Assembly: GCA_965205865.1 (NCBI GenBank)
Contig: CBDBHR010000028.1
Coordinates: 563,656-627,655, forward strand
From: a bacterium
GTDB lineage: Bacteria; SAR324; NAC60-12
DNA: 64,000 nucleotides
Reading direction: 5' to 3'
Part shown: one piece after another, positions 20,898 through 30,643 of the stretch
How the letters are laid out: the number at the start of each line of letters is the position of its first letter
Numbering within the stretch: position 1 is the stretch's first letter
Program-made: the position numbers and the translations under genes
Notes under the pieces: model-generated
Databases searched by the model: none
What the model was told of the DNA's origin: nothing
What the model saw: the letters and a program-made list of their open reading frames with translations, nothing else

Positions 20898-22038
20898 TTA
20901 CACAAGAGCTTCATCAAAAACGAGGACACCACGTTTGAAACCGCCCTTGAGTAACTCATCATAGGCTTCGTTGATCTGTTCCAACCGAAAACGTCTGGAA
21001 ATGAGTTCGTCGAGCATGAGCTGACCGGAACGGTAGAGATCAAGAAGTACCGGGAATTGGCGGCGGGGATCAATGGAGCCATACAATGATCCAAAGATTT
21101 TCTTTTCCATTCTGTGCAGGTCCAGACCGGCATAACGCGTGTAGGACCCTTTCGGAGAAACACCAACGATTACCACGGAACCGCCGCGACGAGCAGCCTC
21201 AAAAGCAGCTTCCTGGGTGGCGGACAATCCAATCGCCTCAAAAGCAAAGTCAACGCCTCGGCCTCCGGTTAATTCTTGAATCTGATCCAGGGCGTCATCT
21301 CCGGCAGCAACGGCATGGGTAGCTCCGAATTGACGAGCGATTTCAAATTTCGCTGGATCGTTGTCGACGGCAATAATCGGATATGCGTTACAGAGTCGCG
21401 CACCTTGCAGGATATTTAGACCAACCCCTCCACAACCATATACTGCCACGCTTTCCCCGGGGCGAATGTTAACAGTGTTGAGAGCAGCACCCACTCCGGT
21501 AGTTACTGCGCAACCGACAAGGGCAGCGACTTCCATGGACTGCGCAACCGACAAGGGCAGCGACTTCCATGGAAATGTCTTCGTCGAACGGAACAAGGGC
21601 TTCCTGTGGAGCAATGGCTTTTTCGGCAAAAGTGGATTGGGTGCTGAATTGACGCACGATCTCACCGTTGAGACGCAAGCGTGTGGAACCATCAGGCATG
21701 GTACCGTTGCGCCACGGCCAAAATGTCTCGCAGAGAGTAGGATTGGTGTGCCTGCAATAGAAGCAGGTGCTACATGACGGCGCCCAATTGATAATTACAC
21801 GCTGCCCAGGTTGAACACTGGTGACTCCTGCACCGACTTCCTCGACAATGCCGGCACCTTCATGACCCAAAATAACTGGTAAAGGACGCGACAAATCACC
21901 GGAAACAAAGTGCCAGTCACTGTGGCAAGTACCCGCAGCACCCATGCGCACTCGTACCTCGCCGGGTTCAGGGGGTAACAATTCGACCTCTTCAATTTGG
22001 AAAGGACCTCCAACTTGATGTAAAACTGCAGCTTTCAT
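20898..22038 (-). pseudogene. Zn-dependent alcohol dehydrogenase (MDR family) disrupted by a 34-bp tandem duplication
   Basis: The unit tgcgcaaccgacaagggcagcgacttccatgga occurs at 21507-21539 and again at 21541-21573; MEVAALVGCAV is encoded twice and the frame is broken; N-terminal ORF 21469-22038, C-terminal ORF 20898-21692. Confidence 0.6.
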
Positions 22039-22933
22039 GACATACTCCTTTTTAAGTTGAGATCAGGGGTGGATTGATAGCTCATTTCTATAAAAGAATG
22101 GATAGATTTGCAAGAGAAATACATTCCTTGACATCGTGAAGTCGGTCGTGAAGATTAGCGGTAAAACCTGGTGAGCCTCTGGAAGCATCAGAATTTCAGC
22201 TTAAAACAGGCGACCAGAGGTCAGAAGTACGGGGTAGCGCGTCGCCAGGGAACTCCGCTTGAAACTAGACAGGGAACCGTGGGAATCGGAGGACATGTCG
22301 ATGGCGCGACGGCACCGGAAGCAGTCGCGAGTGAAAGTAGACTGAAACATAGTAAATGATAAACCATGGTCTCCAACTCTGGCGGAGCTGTTGTTGGTAT
22401 TGAGGTTTATGTCTTTGGTGAAGCCGAGAATTTAGAAGTAAGGGCTGCGCAAACTCGTAGAAACGATCGAACAACGCTCTTTTTGTTGTTCGAGCTTTCC
22501 ACAGTTTGCATGGCCGATTTTGGGGAAGGAGTAGGTCACTGTTCTTCTTCGTAATTGAATTCGACTTTGCTCTGCTGAACAATCTCGGCAATGACTGGGC
22601 CTAATTTTCCCTCTACGACTACCCTTTCGAATCGGTTTAGCAGGAATTCGATGTTGATGATTTCTTCGATACAGTTCATGTAACCTTCATGTAAATTATT
22701 TCCACCCCGGAGGATGAAAATGTTATATACCAATAGAGGTTGAAGCGCTCGTTTCTCATGTTAGCGACTCGATCCTGTCACGTAACCTGAGCGTAGCTTT
22801 CATTGGTTCGCACCCCGGAGTGTTTCGTGGTATTATCTACAGAAGGTTTTGACTTCTTGATGATTGGTAATAAAAGAGATGATCTTCGCTGCTTTGCCGT
22901 AATTCTGTTTATCGAGATCGCAGCGATTGACCC

Positions 22934-23800
22934 CTAAACAACAATATCGAAAGGCAAATCGCTTATGTCGCGAAGTCTACTACCTTCGACCATGACTGCC
23001 AGCATCTCTGATTGATCTTTCGCCTTGGGAATGGCTTCACAGACTTGGCGCAACTCATCCAAAGCGAAGTGATATACGCAGTCAATGTCCCCTGTGCCAA
23101 GCGCCAGCGATGCAATTCGCATTGGGAGAGGTTCAGCCGTTACCGCCACGATATGCGGCAAGTTGCCTTTACGATTGCGGATAAGATTGAGCGCCTCTGT
23201 CCGTGAATTTTGAGAACGGTCGCTTCGAATTGTCCACTTGCACGATATACTTGCATGCAATAATGAAAGCGGTTCAGATTGATTCGCAGACAGGAATGGA
23301 GTAAGTGTTGCACTACCGGAGTTGTCCAGGAATACCTGTGTATCGTTGACTTCATCATGAGAGACCGGATAACGAGCGATAACTATATCAGGCGTGACGA
23401 TATACCCATGCCCGAGTGCGATGGATAGGGTTTGATTATCGCTCACTAGCTTAGCGAGGTTTTCCAGATGCTGATACTGCGCGAAGTTGGAAATCCGTGT
23501 CCGTGTCGTCAGGTATTGCCATCTACCGGGACGCAAGTGCTTGATAGCCGAAAATGCTTCTTCAATAAACTCGGTTGTGAACTTTTCAAACAGTGTTCCT
23601 GCGGTCTGTCCGGTAATTTTCGATGTAATCTGCCGGGGAAAACCAAGTACCTCCGCTATTCCGTTTGCAATGAGAACGCTGGATTGACTGCTGCCATCGG
23701 CAAAGTTTGGATAAAGCAAGCTATTCCTCTCGGAGAATCGGACTATTTGCGAGCCAATTTTGGAGTGATAACTTTGCCGTAATTCTGAAAGTGTACTCAT
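22934..23800 (-). CDS. Type II restriction endonuclease, Cfr10I/NgoMIV-like PD-(D/E)xK family
   Basis: 288 aa; D138 (TPD), S186-C-K188 and E202 reproduce the Cfr10I D134/S188/K190/E204 and NgoMIV D140/S185/K187/E201 spacing; lies 18 bp downstream of the methyltransferase. Confidence 0.5.
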   Translation of the reverse strand: MSTLSELRQSYHSKIGSQIVRFSERNSLLYPNFADGSSQSSVLIANGIAEVLGFPRQITSKITGQTAGTLFEKFTTEFIEEAFSAIKHLRPGRWQYLTTRTRISNFAQYQHLENLAKLVSDNQTLSIALGHGYIVTPDIVIARYPVSHDEVNDTQVFLDNSGSATLTPFLSANQSEPLSLLHASISCKWTIRSDRSQNSRTEALNLIRNRKGNLPHIVAVTAEPLPMRIASLALGTGDIDCVYHFALDELRQVCEAIPKAKDQSEMLAVMVEGSRLRDISDLPFDIVV

Positions 23801-23817
23801 GGCGCAATTTATCGGAA

Positions 23818-24690
23818 CTAAACAGCTAAGGTTTGCTGCACGCCGTTATTTATCCGAGTTTCGGATTGTGCCGCATATTCTTCGTTCAACTCAATAAGGA
23901 CGACGTGACGATTTGACTCGATCGCTGCTATGCCAGTAGTTCCCGACCCTGAAAACGGGTCAAGAATCACATCCCCGGGACGGCTACCTAAGATTATGCA
24001 GCGCCGTGCCAATTCTCTTGGGAAAACGGCGGGATGCAGCTTGTCACCAGCATCTGTCCCCAACAGCCAGTAATTCCGGAGATTTGCCCCGGTTTCTTCT
24101 CGCACAGCCTGATTGTTGTAGTAGTATTTTGCACTTTTTGAGAACAGAAAGATTTCCTCTGTGGCGTTTGACGGTCGGTTCTTGACGCTTTCGGGCATAG
24201 GAGCTTTCTTCAGCCAAGTTATCTTTGAGCGCAGCAACCATCCGTCGTCTTGTAATGCAAATGCTACTCGCCAAGGCAGTCCCATCAGGTCACGATCCTT
24301 CAGTCCCCAACAGTCCGGGACTTTGCAGTTACGCCTTTGGATGAGCCTCTTGGTATTGCCCACCTGTGCGTTTGGGCCGTGAGACCCGGTTCCACCGTTG
24401 CGGGCATATCCGTCGCCAACATTCAGCCAGAAAGTGCCATCATCGGAAAGTACTCGACGAACTTCACGAAAGATTTCTACAAGGTTCTGCACATAGTCTT
24501 TGGGAGATTCCTCAGCGCCTATCTGGGCTGAATGCTGATAGTCTCGCAACCCCCAGTACGGTGGTGAGGTAACACAGCACTGAACGGATTGCGATTCAAT
24601 TTGGGGCAATATGCAGCGATTATCACCTACCAGTAAATCAACACCAAAGTGCTGAGGAATCCTTATGGCTGCTTCGCTCTTTTTTGCCAT
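23818..24690 (-). CDS. Beta-class N4/N6 DNA methyltransferase (SPPY motif, probably m4C)
   Basis: CCVTSPPYWGLRDY (motif IV) precedes ILDPFSGSGTTGIAA (motif I), the beta-class order. Confidence 0.8.
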   Translation of the reverse strand: MAKKSEAAIRIPQHFGVDLLVGDNRCILPQIESQSVQCCVTSPPYWGLRDYQHSAQIGAEESPKDYVQNLVEIFREVRRVLSDDGTFWLNVGDGYARNGGTGSHGPNAQVGNTKRLIQRRNCKVPDCWGLKDRDLMGLPWRVAFALQDDGWLLRSKITWLKKAPMPESVKNRPSNATEEIFLFSKSAKYYYNNQAVREETGANLRNYWLLGTDAGDKLHPAVFPRELARRCIILGSRPGDVILDPFSGSGTTGIAAIESNRHVVLIELNEEYAAQSETRINNGVQQTLAV

Positions 24691-24999
24691 GGCAGAGTTT
24701 ACTCCAAGCTAATCACCAAACAGGGTGAACATCACAAAGAAAGGCGGCTGTGTCCAGTATCTTTTCTGTTTTCAGAAGGGCGTTATCTGACCACTCCGCA
24801 CTTCACCTTGCAGTTTGGCATGCGCACAAGATTATTGACAATCCCGGCTACTATATCTATTGGCTTACTTGGTGTCTATTTTGAAGCGGTATATGAACTC
24901 ATCTCCGCCGCGTTCGAGGGACAGACATGCATAGGACAATGAGTCGCAAAACGATACCGCCGGAGAATACCAGCTTCATGGTGTCCTCCATATCAAAAG

Positions 25000-25051
25000 G
25001 AAAATCAAGAAGTTCCCATGACGATAACATTTGAAAATGGGTGTGTAAAGT
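25000..25051. repeat. Conserved ~50-bp intergenic motif, copy 1 (gaaaatcaa..cccatgacgataacatttgaaaatgggtgtgtaaagt)
   Basis: Also at 33879-33929 and, diverged, at 37017-37066; contains the imperfect palindrome catttgaaaatg. Confidence 0.45.
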
Positions 25052-25184
25052 TACTCTGTAAAGCAGACAGTCTCCGAGGGTTGTTATAAAAATGAAGTTT
25101 CACAAAAAAACAATCCTTATTATAGGAGACTGTCATGGAAAAAACGAAAATTATTGAGAGTCAGATTTTTATATTAAATGATAT

Positions 25185-25272
25185 GTCATACCGGACTTGA
25201 TCCGGTATCCAGGGTTCGTGCTAATTTCCCGCTTGCGCGTAAGGCTGGATTCCTGAGCAAGCCAGGAATGAC
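25185..25272. repeat. Family-B palindromic element
   Basis: gtcataccggacttgatccggtatcc ... ggattcctgagcaagccaggaatgac. Confidence 0.45.
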
Positions 25273-25605
25273 ACGTTTATTCAATTCTTGATTTGCATAA
25301 TTTTTATAAATTTATCTGATCTGTCAATAATCAAGGCATGCTGGAAGCAGTGTAAAAATAGGTTAAGAAAGTCTTTTTCCGTGGGGTGGGGTTGGATTCA
25401 GGGTGATGCCAACAACCGATGGCTATTTGCCGCCATGGGATTGGATGTTCATGCGCATCAGTCATAAGCATGGAGACAAAATCTTACTTTCAGGAAAACA
25501 AATTTTTTGCGCTCACTCTATTTTTTCTTGCAATGCGAATAGAATTGTATTAGGAACAATTTTTAAGAACAAATTTTACAGGAAGATAGAGGAGAAATCA
25601 GCAAT

Positions 25606-26510
25606 ATGAACAATGCTACAGAATTTCCATCCGCTTTCAGTGAACCCAAGAGACGTAACATCCTGGTGGATTTCCTGATCAGGCTGGCTACAGAGAAACC
25701 CCTGGGGACCTTTGGTGGGATAATCGTTTTGATCTTTATTTTGGTAGCGATCTTTGCCGACATACTGGCACCTTATCCCCATGTCGAGGTCAACATATTG
25801 GACAGGATGCAAGAGCCCTCCGACCGGTATCTCCTGGGGACTGACCAGTTGGGGCGAGACCTCCTCGGCCGTTTGATTTTCGGGGCGCAAATTTCCTTGA
25901 CCGTCGGTCTGGCGGCGACAGCGCTCAATGTGCTCATTGCTGTCTTGATCGGCAGCATTTCCGGATTCTTTGGAGGAAAAGTGGACCTGGCGGTGCAGCG
26001 CTTCGTCGATGCCTGGATGGCCTTTCCGGGACTGCTTCTCTTGTTAACGATCATGTCCCTCGTGGGGCGGGGTCTCCCCCAGATCATCGTGGTCCTGGGG
26101 GTCACTGGAGTAATCGGAAGCTCGAGAATCGTCCGCAGCGCCGTGATCGGTGTCAAAGAGAATGTCTATTTTCAGGCGGCAGTGGCGATTGGCTGCTCTC
26201 AAGCAAGAATCCTGATCCGCCATGCGCTGCCCAATATTGCCGCCCCGTCATCATCATTTTCACCATTAACATCGGGGCCGTGATAATCAGCGAGGCTGCG
26301 TTGAGCTTCCTTGGATTCGGGTTGCCCGTCAAGGTACCCAGCTGGGGAGGAATGCTCAGCCGGGAAGGGCGTGAGTTCATGGAGATGGCCCCCCGACTGG
26401 CGCTCTGGCCGGGGCTTTGCCTGACGATTGTCGTTTACAGTCTCAACATGTTCGGTGACGCTCTCAGGGACCTGCTTGACCCAAGACTACGGGGTGGGGA
26501 AGGTAGCTAG
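25606..26510 (+). pseudogene. Orphan DppC/OppC-like permease paralog with a 1-bp frameshift
   Basis: ~80 % identical to 45642-46613; frame breaks near 26245 (gccccgtcatcatcatt versus gcgccgatcatcatcatc in the intact copy); no adjacent SBP or DppB. Confidence 0.65.
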
Positions 26511-28347
26511 ACCCTAGCCGAAAAGGGTTTCGAAAATAATAAATGTAACCAATTTGATTCTATTTGATTCTCTATTTGATTCAATATGACGAGAAAACGA
26601 TTTTTTTGTTTTTTATTCGCCCACAGCACAGTTTTTATAGGGAAAAAATCTTTTTTGGACATACTTTCCTCGCTCCTGCTCATATTTCACACTCCCCCAT
26701 TGAATATTCAGGCCGCTTGTTTGAGTTGTCTTTTTTTCAACTCAATCATTTTGCAAAAATTATAGGTTAATGCTTTTTCCAGCAACTCTGCCCGAACGTT
26801 TTCAATCCCTCTGCGCATAACTTGTCCGAAATGGAAACGATGCTTAAGATGAAACATCAACGACTCTGCAGCAGATCTTCCATTTCGTGATTCCAAATAG
26901 ATTTCACTTTCCCATTCTTCAATCGGGGTCATCTTTTTTCCCTTTGCCCCACTAATACTAAAAACCTTAACGCCTTTGCCCATCCACTTTTCTCTGATCG
27001 CCTGATTGGCATATCCATCATCAAGGCTCACTTCAGAGGGAATGGTGATGGTGCATCGCAAATGTTCAACAAGGGCAGGGTCGAGTTGCCCTGAATCAGC
27101 AGCATTGCCCTCCGGAGTAATTAACACGGAAATAAAACCATTTCCGCTCCTTCCTAATTGAGGCTTATATCCGATAAGCGCTTCTCGATCTCCCTTTTGA
27201 ATATAAGCCGAGCTCTGATCGGAAAGACTCAATACTTTCTCAGTAGAAGGAACCTTCTTTTCTTCAAAAACTCTTTGATGACAGTAGATGATTACCCGTT
27301 GCAAATTAGAAATATCTTCATTCATCATTTCAATGAGGCGAATCAAACGCGTTTTCCGAGAAGGGGGGAGAAGAGCTTTTTGGGCACGGATATCCACCTT
27401 TGCCATTTCTTTTAAAAATTTCCCATGAGCGCTTTGAGCTTTCTTCAATAGGGTTTTGTAATGTTTTTTTCGCTTCGTTTTACTGTCCTTTTTACCTGTC
27501 TCAAAAGCCATCATCTTAGAGAGCTTATTCATCTCCTTGATGAGGAAATCAAAATTTCTTTCACTGATCTCAGCGATTCCAAATGTATCAAGGGAACGCC
27601 CTCGATGGTAGCTTCGCTCCACGAGACGAGTCAATATCGACGAATCAGTAGGCCAAGCTGTATTTCCTTTTACAGAGGTGCTATCCAGTTTTAAAATATC
27701 AAAATCGTCCAACTCTTCATCGAGAACCATTCGAATTTGAGCATCGAAAATAAACTGTCTGCTCTCGTTGCTGACAGCATTGACATTATCAAGGATTGTA
27801 CTCGCTCCCGGCATTTTCAATCCACGGTTGAGCAGAAGCAGATGCAGTGTGATTGACTCTGAAAGAAATATTTGGGCCGTTTGGGATTTGATACTTCCTA
27901 AATATCCCCGAATCATCATAAAAAGGTAGACTAAAAAAGCCGACATCCGAGGACACCCTATTTCCAGCCTCAGTTCTTCCGGCTTCAATTCCTCATCTTC
28001 TACGGGAAGATGAGGAAGCCATGGATTCCGGGCTTCCTGCCATCGTTTATCCTCTAAACGCTCTTTCTTTTTATTTCTTGCGTATTTCTCCAAATCCTGT
28101 TCAATTTTGTCCAATATCTCCGGCTCTCGCTCAGACAATTGATCAAGTTCTGATAAGAAATTTTCAAATTCTGTATCAGGAGCGCTTAAAAAAAGATGTT
28201 TTTCTGCTCGAATGAATGGTTTCATTTTGGGTGCCATAATTCTTAATATTGAAGTTATTCACAGTTATTTCAATGAATTATGGCACTTTCTAACCTCAAG
28301 TTTAAAGATATAATTCTAAAAAATACCTTTTCGGCTAGGATCTAGCT
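26504..28347. mobile_element. IS element (~1.84 kb) with 23-bp terminal inverted repeats
   Basis: tagctagaccctagccgaaaagg (26504-26526) versus the reverse complement of ccttttcggctaggatctagcta (28325-28347), one mismatch; encloses the transposase gene. Confidence 0.6.
26708..28237 (-). CDS. DDE transposase (IS4/IS1634-like superfamily; family uncertain)
   Basis: 509 aa; LDSTSVKGNTAWPTDSSIL is a DDE_Tnp_1-type motif. Confidence 0.55.
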   Translation of the reverse strand: MAPKMKPFIRAEKHLFLSAPDTEFENFLSELDQLSEREPEILDKIEQDLEKYARNKKKERLEDKRWQEARNPWLPHLPVEDEELKPEELRLEIGCPRMSAFLVYLFMMIRGYLGSIKSQTAQIFLSESITLHLLLLNRGLKMPGASTILDNVNAVSNESRQFIFDAQIRMVLDEELDDFDILKLDSTSVKGNTAWPTDSSILTRLVERSYHRGRSLDTFGIAEISERNFDFLIKEMNKLSKMMAFETGKKDSKTKRKKHYKTLLKKAQSAHGKFLKEMAKVDIRAQKALLPPSRKTRLIRLIEMMNEDISNLQRVIIYCHQRVFEEKKVPSTEKVLSLSDQSSAYIQKGDREALIGYKPQLGRSGNGFISVLITPEGNAADSGQLDPALVEHLRCTITIPSEVSLDDGYANQAIREKWMGKGVKVFSISGAKGKKMTPIEEWESEIYLESRNGRSAAESLMFHLKHRFHFGQVMRRGIENVRAELLEKALTYNFCKMIELKKRQLKQAA

Positions 28348-28437
28348 ACGGTATAGCGAAAGTGAAACGCAAATGAGGTCTCCTGGACCGGCTCATTTCC
28401 CCTTTCAACTGGTAAGCGGGTAAAACGGGATATTTGA

Positions 28438-29658
28438 ATGCAAGGAAATTCCTCGATTCGTTCAGGAGCGAGTGCTCCGCTATTAATAGTTGGCGCTGGT
28501 TGCCTGGTAATGCTGATTTCGATGGGCGTACGAGCGGGGTTTGGTCTGTTCCTGCAGCCTGTTTCCACGGACTTGGGATGGGGTCGAGAAATTTTTGCTC
28601 TCTCACTGGCCCTGCAGAATTTGTTGTGGGGAGTATCCCAGCCTTTCGTGGGCGCAATAGCAGACAAATATGGTTCGGGTCGTACGGTCGCCACGGGTGG
28701 TCTGATCTATGTGATAGGAGTCTATTTGATGTCGGGAGTGGAATCTCCCATCGTTCTTCATTTAGGGAATATGTTGGTGGGATTCGGACTTTCGGGAACA
28801 GCGCTTGCGGTGGTTCTTGGAGTCATGGTACGGGCGGTTTCTGTTGAAAAACGATCCCTCGTCCTGGGAATTGGCACGGCAGCAAGCAGTTTGGGACAGT
28901 TCACCATGATCCCTCTGGGGCAGTTTTTTATATCCACGTATGGCTGGTCGACTGCTTTGTTGCTGATCAGCATTTGCTGCATGATCATAGCGCCTTGTGC
29001 CGTTGCGTTAACGGGTCGCAGCAGTTCAGACGTATCAGAAAGCGTGGTGGAATTGAATCTCCGACAAGCGCTTACGGAAGCATTCGGACACCGAGGTTAT
29101 TTGTTGCTCGTCAGTGGTTTTTTTGTTTGCGGATTTCATGTTGCTTTCGTCGCCACCCATCTGCCGTCGTATATTGTGGATGAGGGATTCCCAGCAAATT
29201 TGGGAGCCTGGGCTCTTGCTGTGATAGGCCTTTTCAACATAATCGGGTGCTTTACTTCCGGGATATTGGGAGGACGTTATAGTAAGAAGTATTGTCTGAG
29301 TTTTCTATATCTTTCACGGGCATTTGTTTTTGCTATCTTTTTGCTCACTCCGGTGTCTGCGACCAGTATTCTTGTATTTTCCGCAGCGCTGGGACTGCTA
29401 TGGCTCTCCACAGTCCCACTGACCTCCGGCCTCGTGCTTCAAATCTTCGGCCCGAAATACTTGGCCACGCTTTTTGGCGTCGCCTTCTTCAGTCACCAGA
29501 TTGGCGGTTTCCTGGGCGCGTGGCTTGGGGGATATCTGTACGACAGAATCGGTTCTTATGAGGTTGTCTGGTGGATTGCCGTGGCCTTGGGAGTGGCGTC
29601 CGCAATCGTCCATTGGCCTATCAACGAGCAAACCCTGCGTCGTCCAATGCCTGCATGA
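28438..29658 (+). CDS. MFS transporter (OFA-like)
   Basis: 406 aa; about 12 TM segments; typical MFS N-terminal motifs. Confidence 0.7.
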   Translation: MQGNSSIRSGASAPLLIVGAGCLVMLISMGVRAGFGLFLQPVSTDLGWGREIFALSLALQNLLWGVSQPFVGAIADKYGSGRTVATGGLIYVIGVYLMSGVESPIVLHLGNMLVGFGLSGTALAVVLGVMVRAVSVEKRSLVLGIGTAASSLGQFTMIPLGQFFISTYGWSTALLLISICCMIIAPCAVALTGRSSSDVSESVVELNLRQALTEAFGHRGYLLLVSGFFVCGFHVAFVATHLPSYIVDEGFPANLGAWALAVIGLFNIIGCFTSGILGGRYSKKYCLSFLYLSRAFVFAIFLLTPVSATSILVFSAALGLLWLSTVPLTSGLVLQIFGPKYLATLFGVAFFSHQIGGFLGAWLGGYLYDRIGSYEVVWWIAVALGVASAIVHWPINEQTLRRPMPA

Positions 29659-29730
29659 TTTCCTTTATTTTTTTGGAAGCTGAAAAAATAAGGAAAAGGT
29701 GGTTCCATCCGAAAGCGAACCGGAAAATTC

Positions 29731-30031
29731 TGCGAATTCCTCTAATGCTTTTCATGCGACGGGATTCCAATGAAGACATATCCGGCGCCCCAAATTGTTT
29801 TAATGAAGGTGGGCTGTTTGAGATCATCGCGCAGTTTTTGGCGCAAACGGCTCATGACGATATCCACGGTGCGGTTGAAATAATCGGCTTCGATCCCTTT
29901 CAATTCATCCAAAATTTGATCACGGTCGAGAACTCTACCCGGATTTCGCGCCAGATAAGTCTAAGCAGTGAATTCGGTAGTGGTGATGACATCTTTGAGT
30001 TTCGAAGTGAAATGCTTGTCATACGACAATT
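29731..30031 (-). pseudogene. OmpR-family response regulator, C-terminal winged-helix fragment with an in-frame TAG
   Basis: ...HFTSKLKDVITTTEFTA*TYLARNPGRVLDRDQILDELKGIEADYFNRTVDIVMSRLRQKL...IWGAGYVF; TAG at 29961-29963; no receiver domain. Confidence 0.5.
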
Positions 30032-30460
30032 TTAATGTTTTTCCAGATAAGGCTTGAGTCGATGAGCTTTCCATACTTTTCCCACGGTTGTCTTGCCTAC
30101 GCCAACTGCCTTGGCCATCGATCGCGTGCTCCAATGGGTACGGTCCTGAGGCTTCTCTTCAATGGTTTTCTTCACAATCTCCTCGATTTTTTCAGGCCCA
30201 TAGAGGCGTCTCCTGCCGGGCCGTGGATCATCATTGAGACCTATTATTCCTTTTTCAACAAAGCGCCGTCGCCACTTTCCAACGGCATTACCGCTGGTTC
30301 CAATCGTTTTGGCAATCTCTTGATTCTTAAGGCCATCAACTGCCAACAGGATGATGCGCGCACGAAGAGTGTCTCGCATCGCTCCGGTATGACGGCGTGC
30401 GGTTTTGCTCAATTCATCCCGTTCTTCCCGGGTCAGTTTTATACTTGGCGCTTTTCTCAT
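30032..30460 (-). CDS. IS630-family transposase N-terminal HTH (OrfA) remnant; no DDE domain follows
   Basis: RARIILLAVDGLKNQEIAKTIGTSGNAVGKWRRRFVEKGIIGLNDDPRPGRR...THWSTRSMAKAVGV matches the IS630 N-terminus; the downstream sequence encodes the response-regulator fragment instead of a DDE domain. Confidence 0.55.
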   Translation of the reverse strand: MRKAPSIKLTREERDELSKTARRHTGAMRDTLRARIILLAVDGLKNQEIAKTIGTSGNAVGKWRRRFVEKGIIGLNDDPRPGRRRLYGPEKIEEIVKKTIEEKPQDRTHWSTRSMAKAVGVGKTTVGKVWKAHRLKPYLEKH

Positions 30461-30556
30461 GCTGTCTCCATATATGCAAAAAAAAGGACAACTCGTAGTA
30501 TAGCAAACCAAGGAATTATTTACATATTAATAAAAGAGCGACACAATAGTGAATAT

Positions 30557-30643
30557 GTCATCCTCGCGAAACTTGTCCCCGCGAAAGCGGGGAGCGGGGA
30601 TCCGGATTTCAGTCTGGCTGCATATCTCCGGATTCCTGCTTTC
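30557..30643 (+). repeat. MITE-A copy 2, left part (split by the IS insertion)
   Basis: gtcatcctcgcgaaacttgtccccgcgaaagcggggagcggggatccggatttcagtctggctgcatatctccggattcctgc. Confidence 0.55.

Noticed and set aside
22140-22360. Possible SRP-RNA or riboswitch-like element (ggaagcatcag / ccagagg pairing)
   Set aside because: No match to the conserved 4.5S domain IV motif, the B12 box, the TPP core or other riboswitch cores. Kept only as an unexplained gap.
26560-26600. Short tandem repeats tttgattc(t/a)a x3; considered a CRISPR-like or mini-array
   Set aside because: There are only three ~12-bp units with no spacers, and they lie inside an IS upstream of its transposase. Simple tandem repeat.
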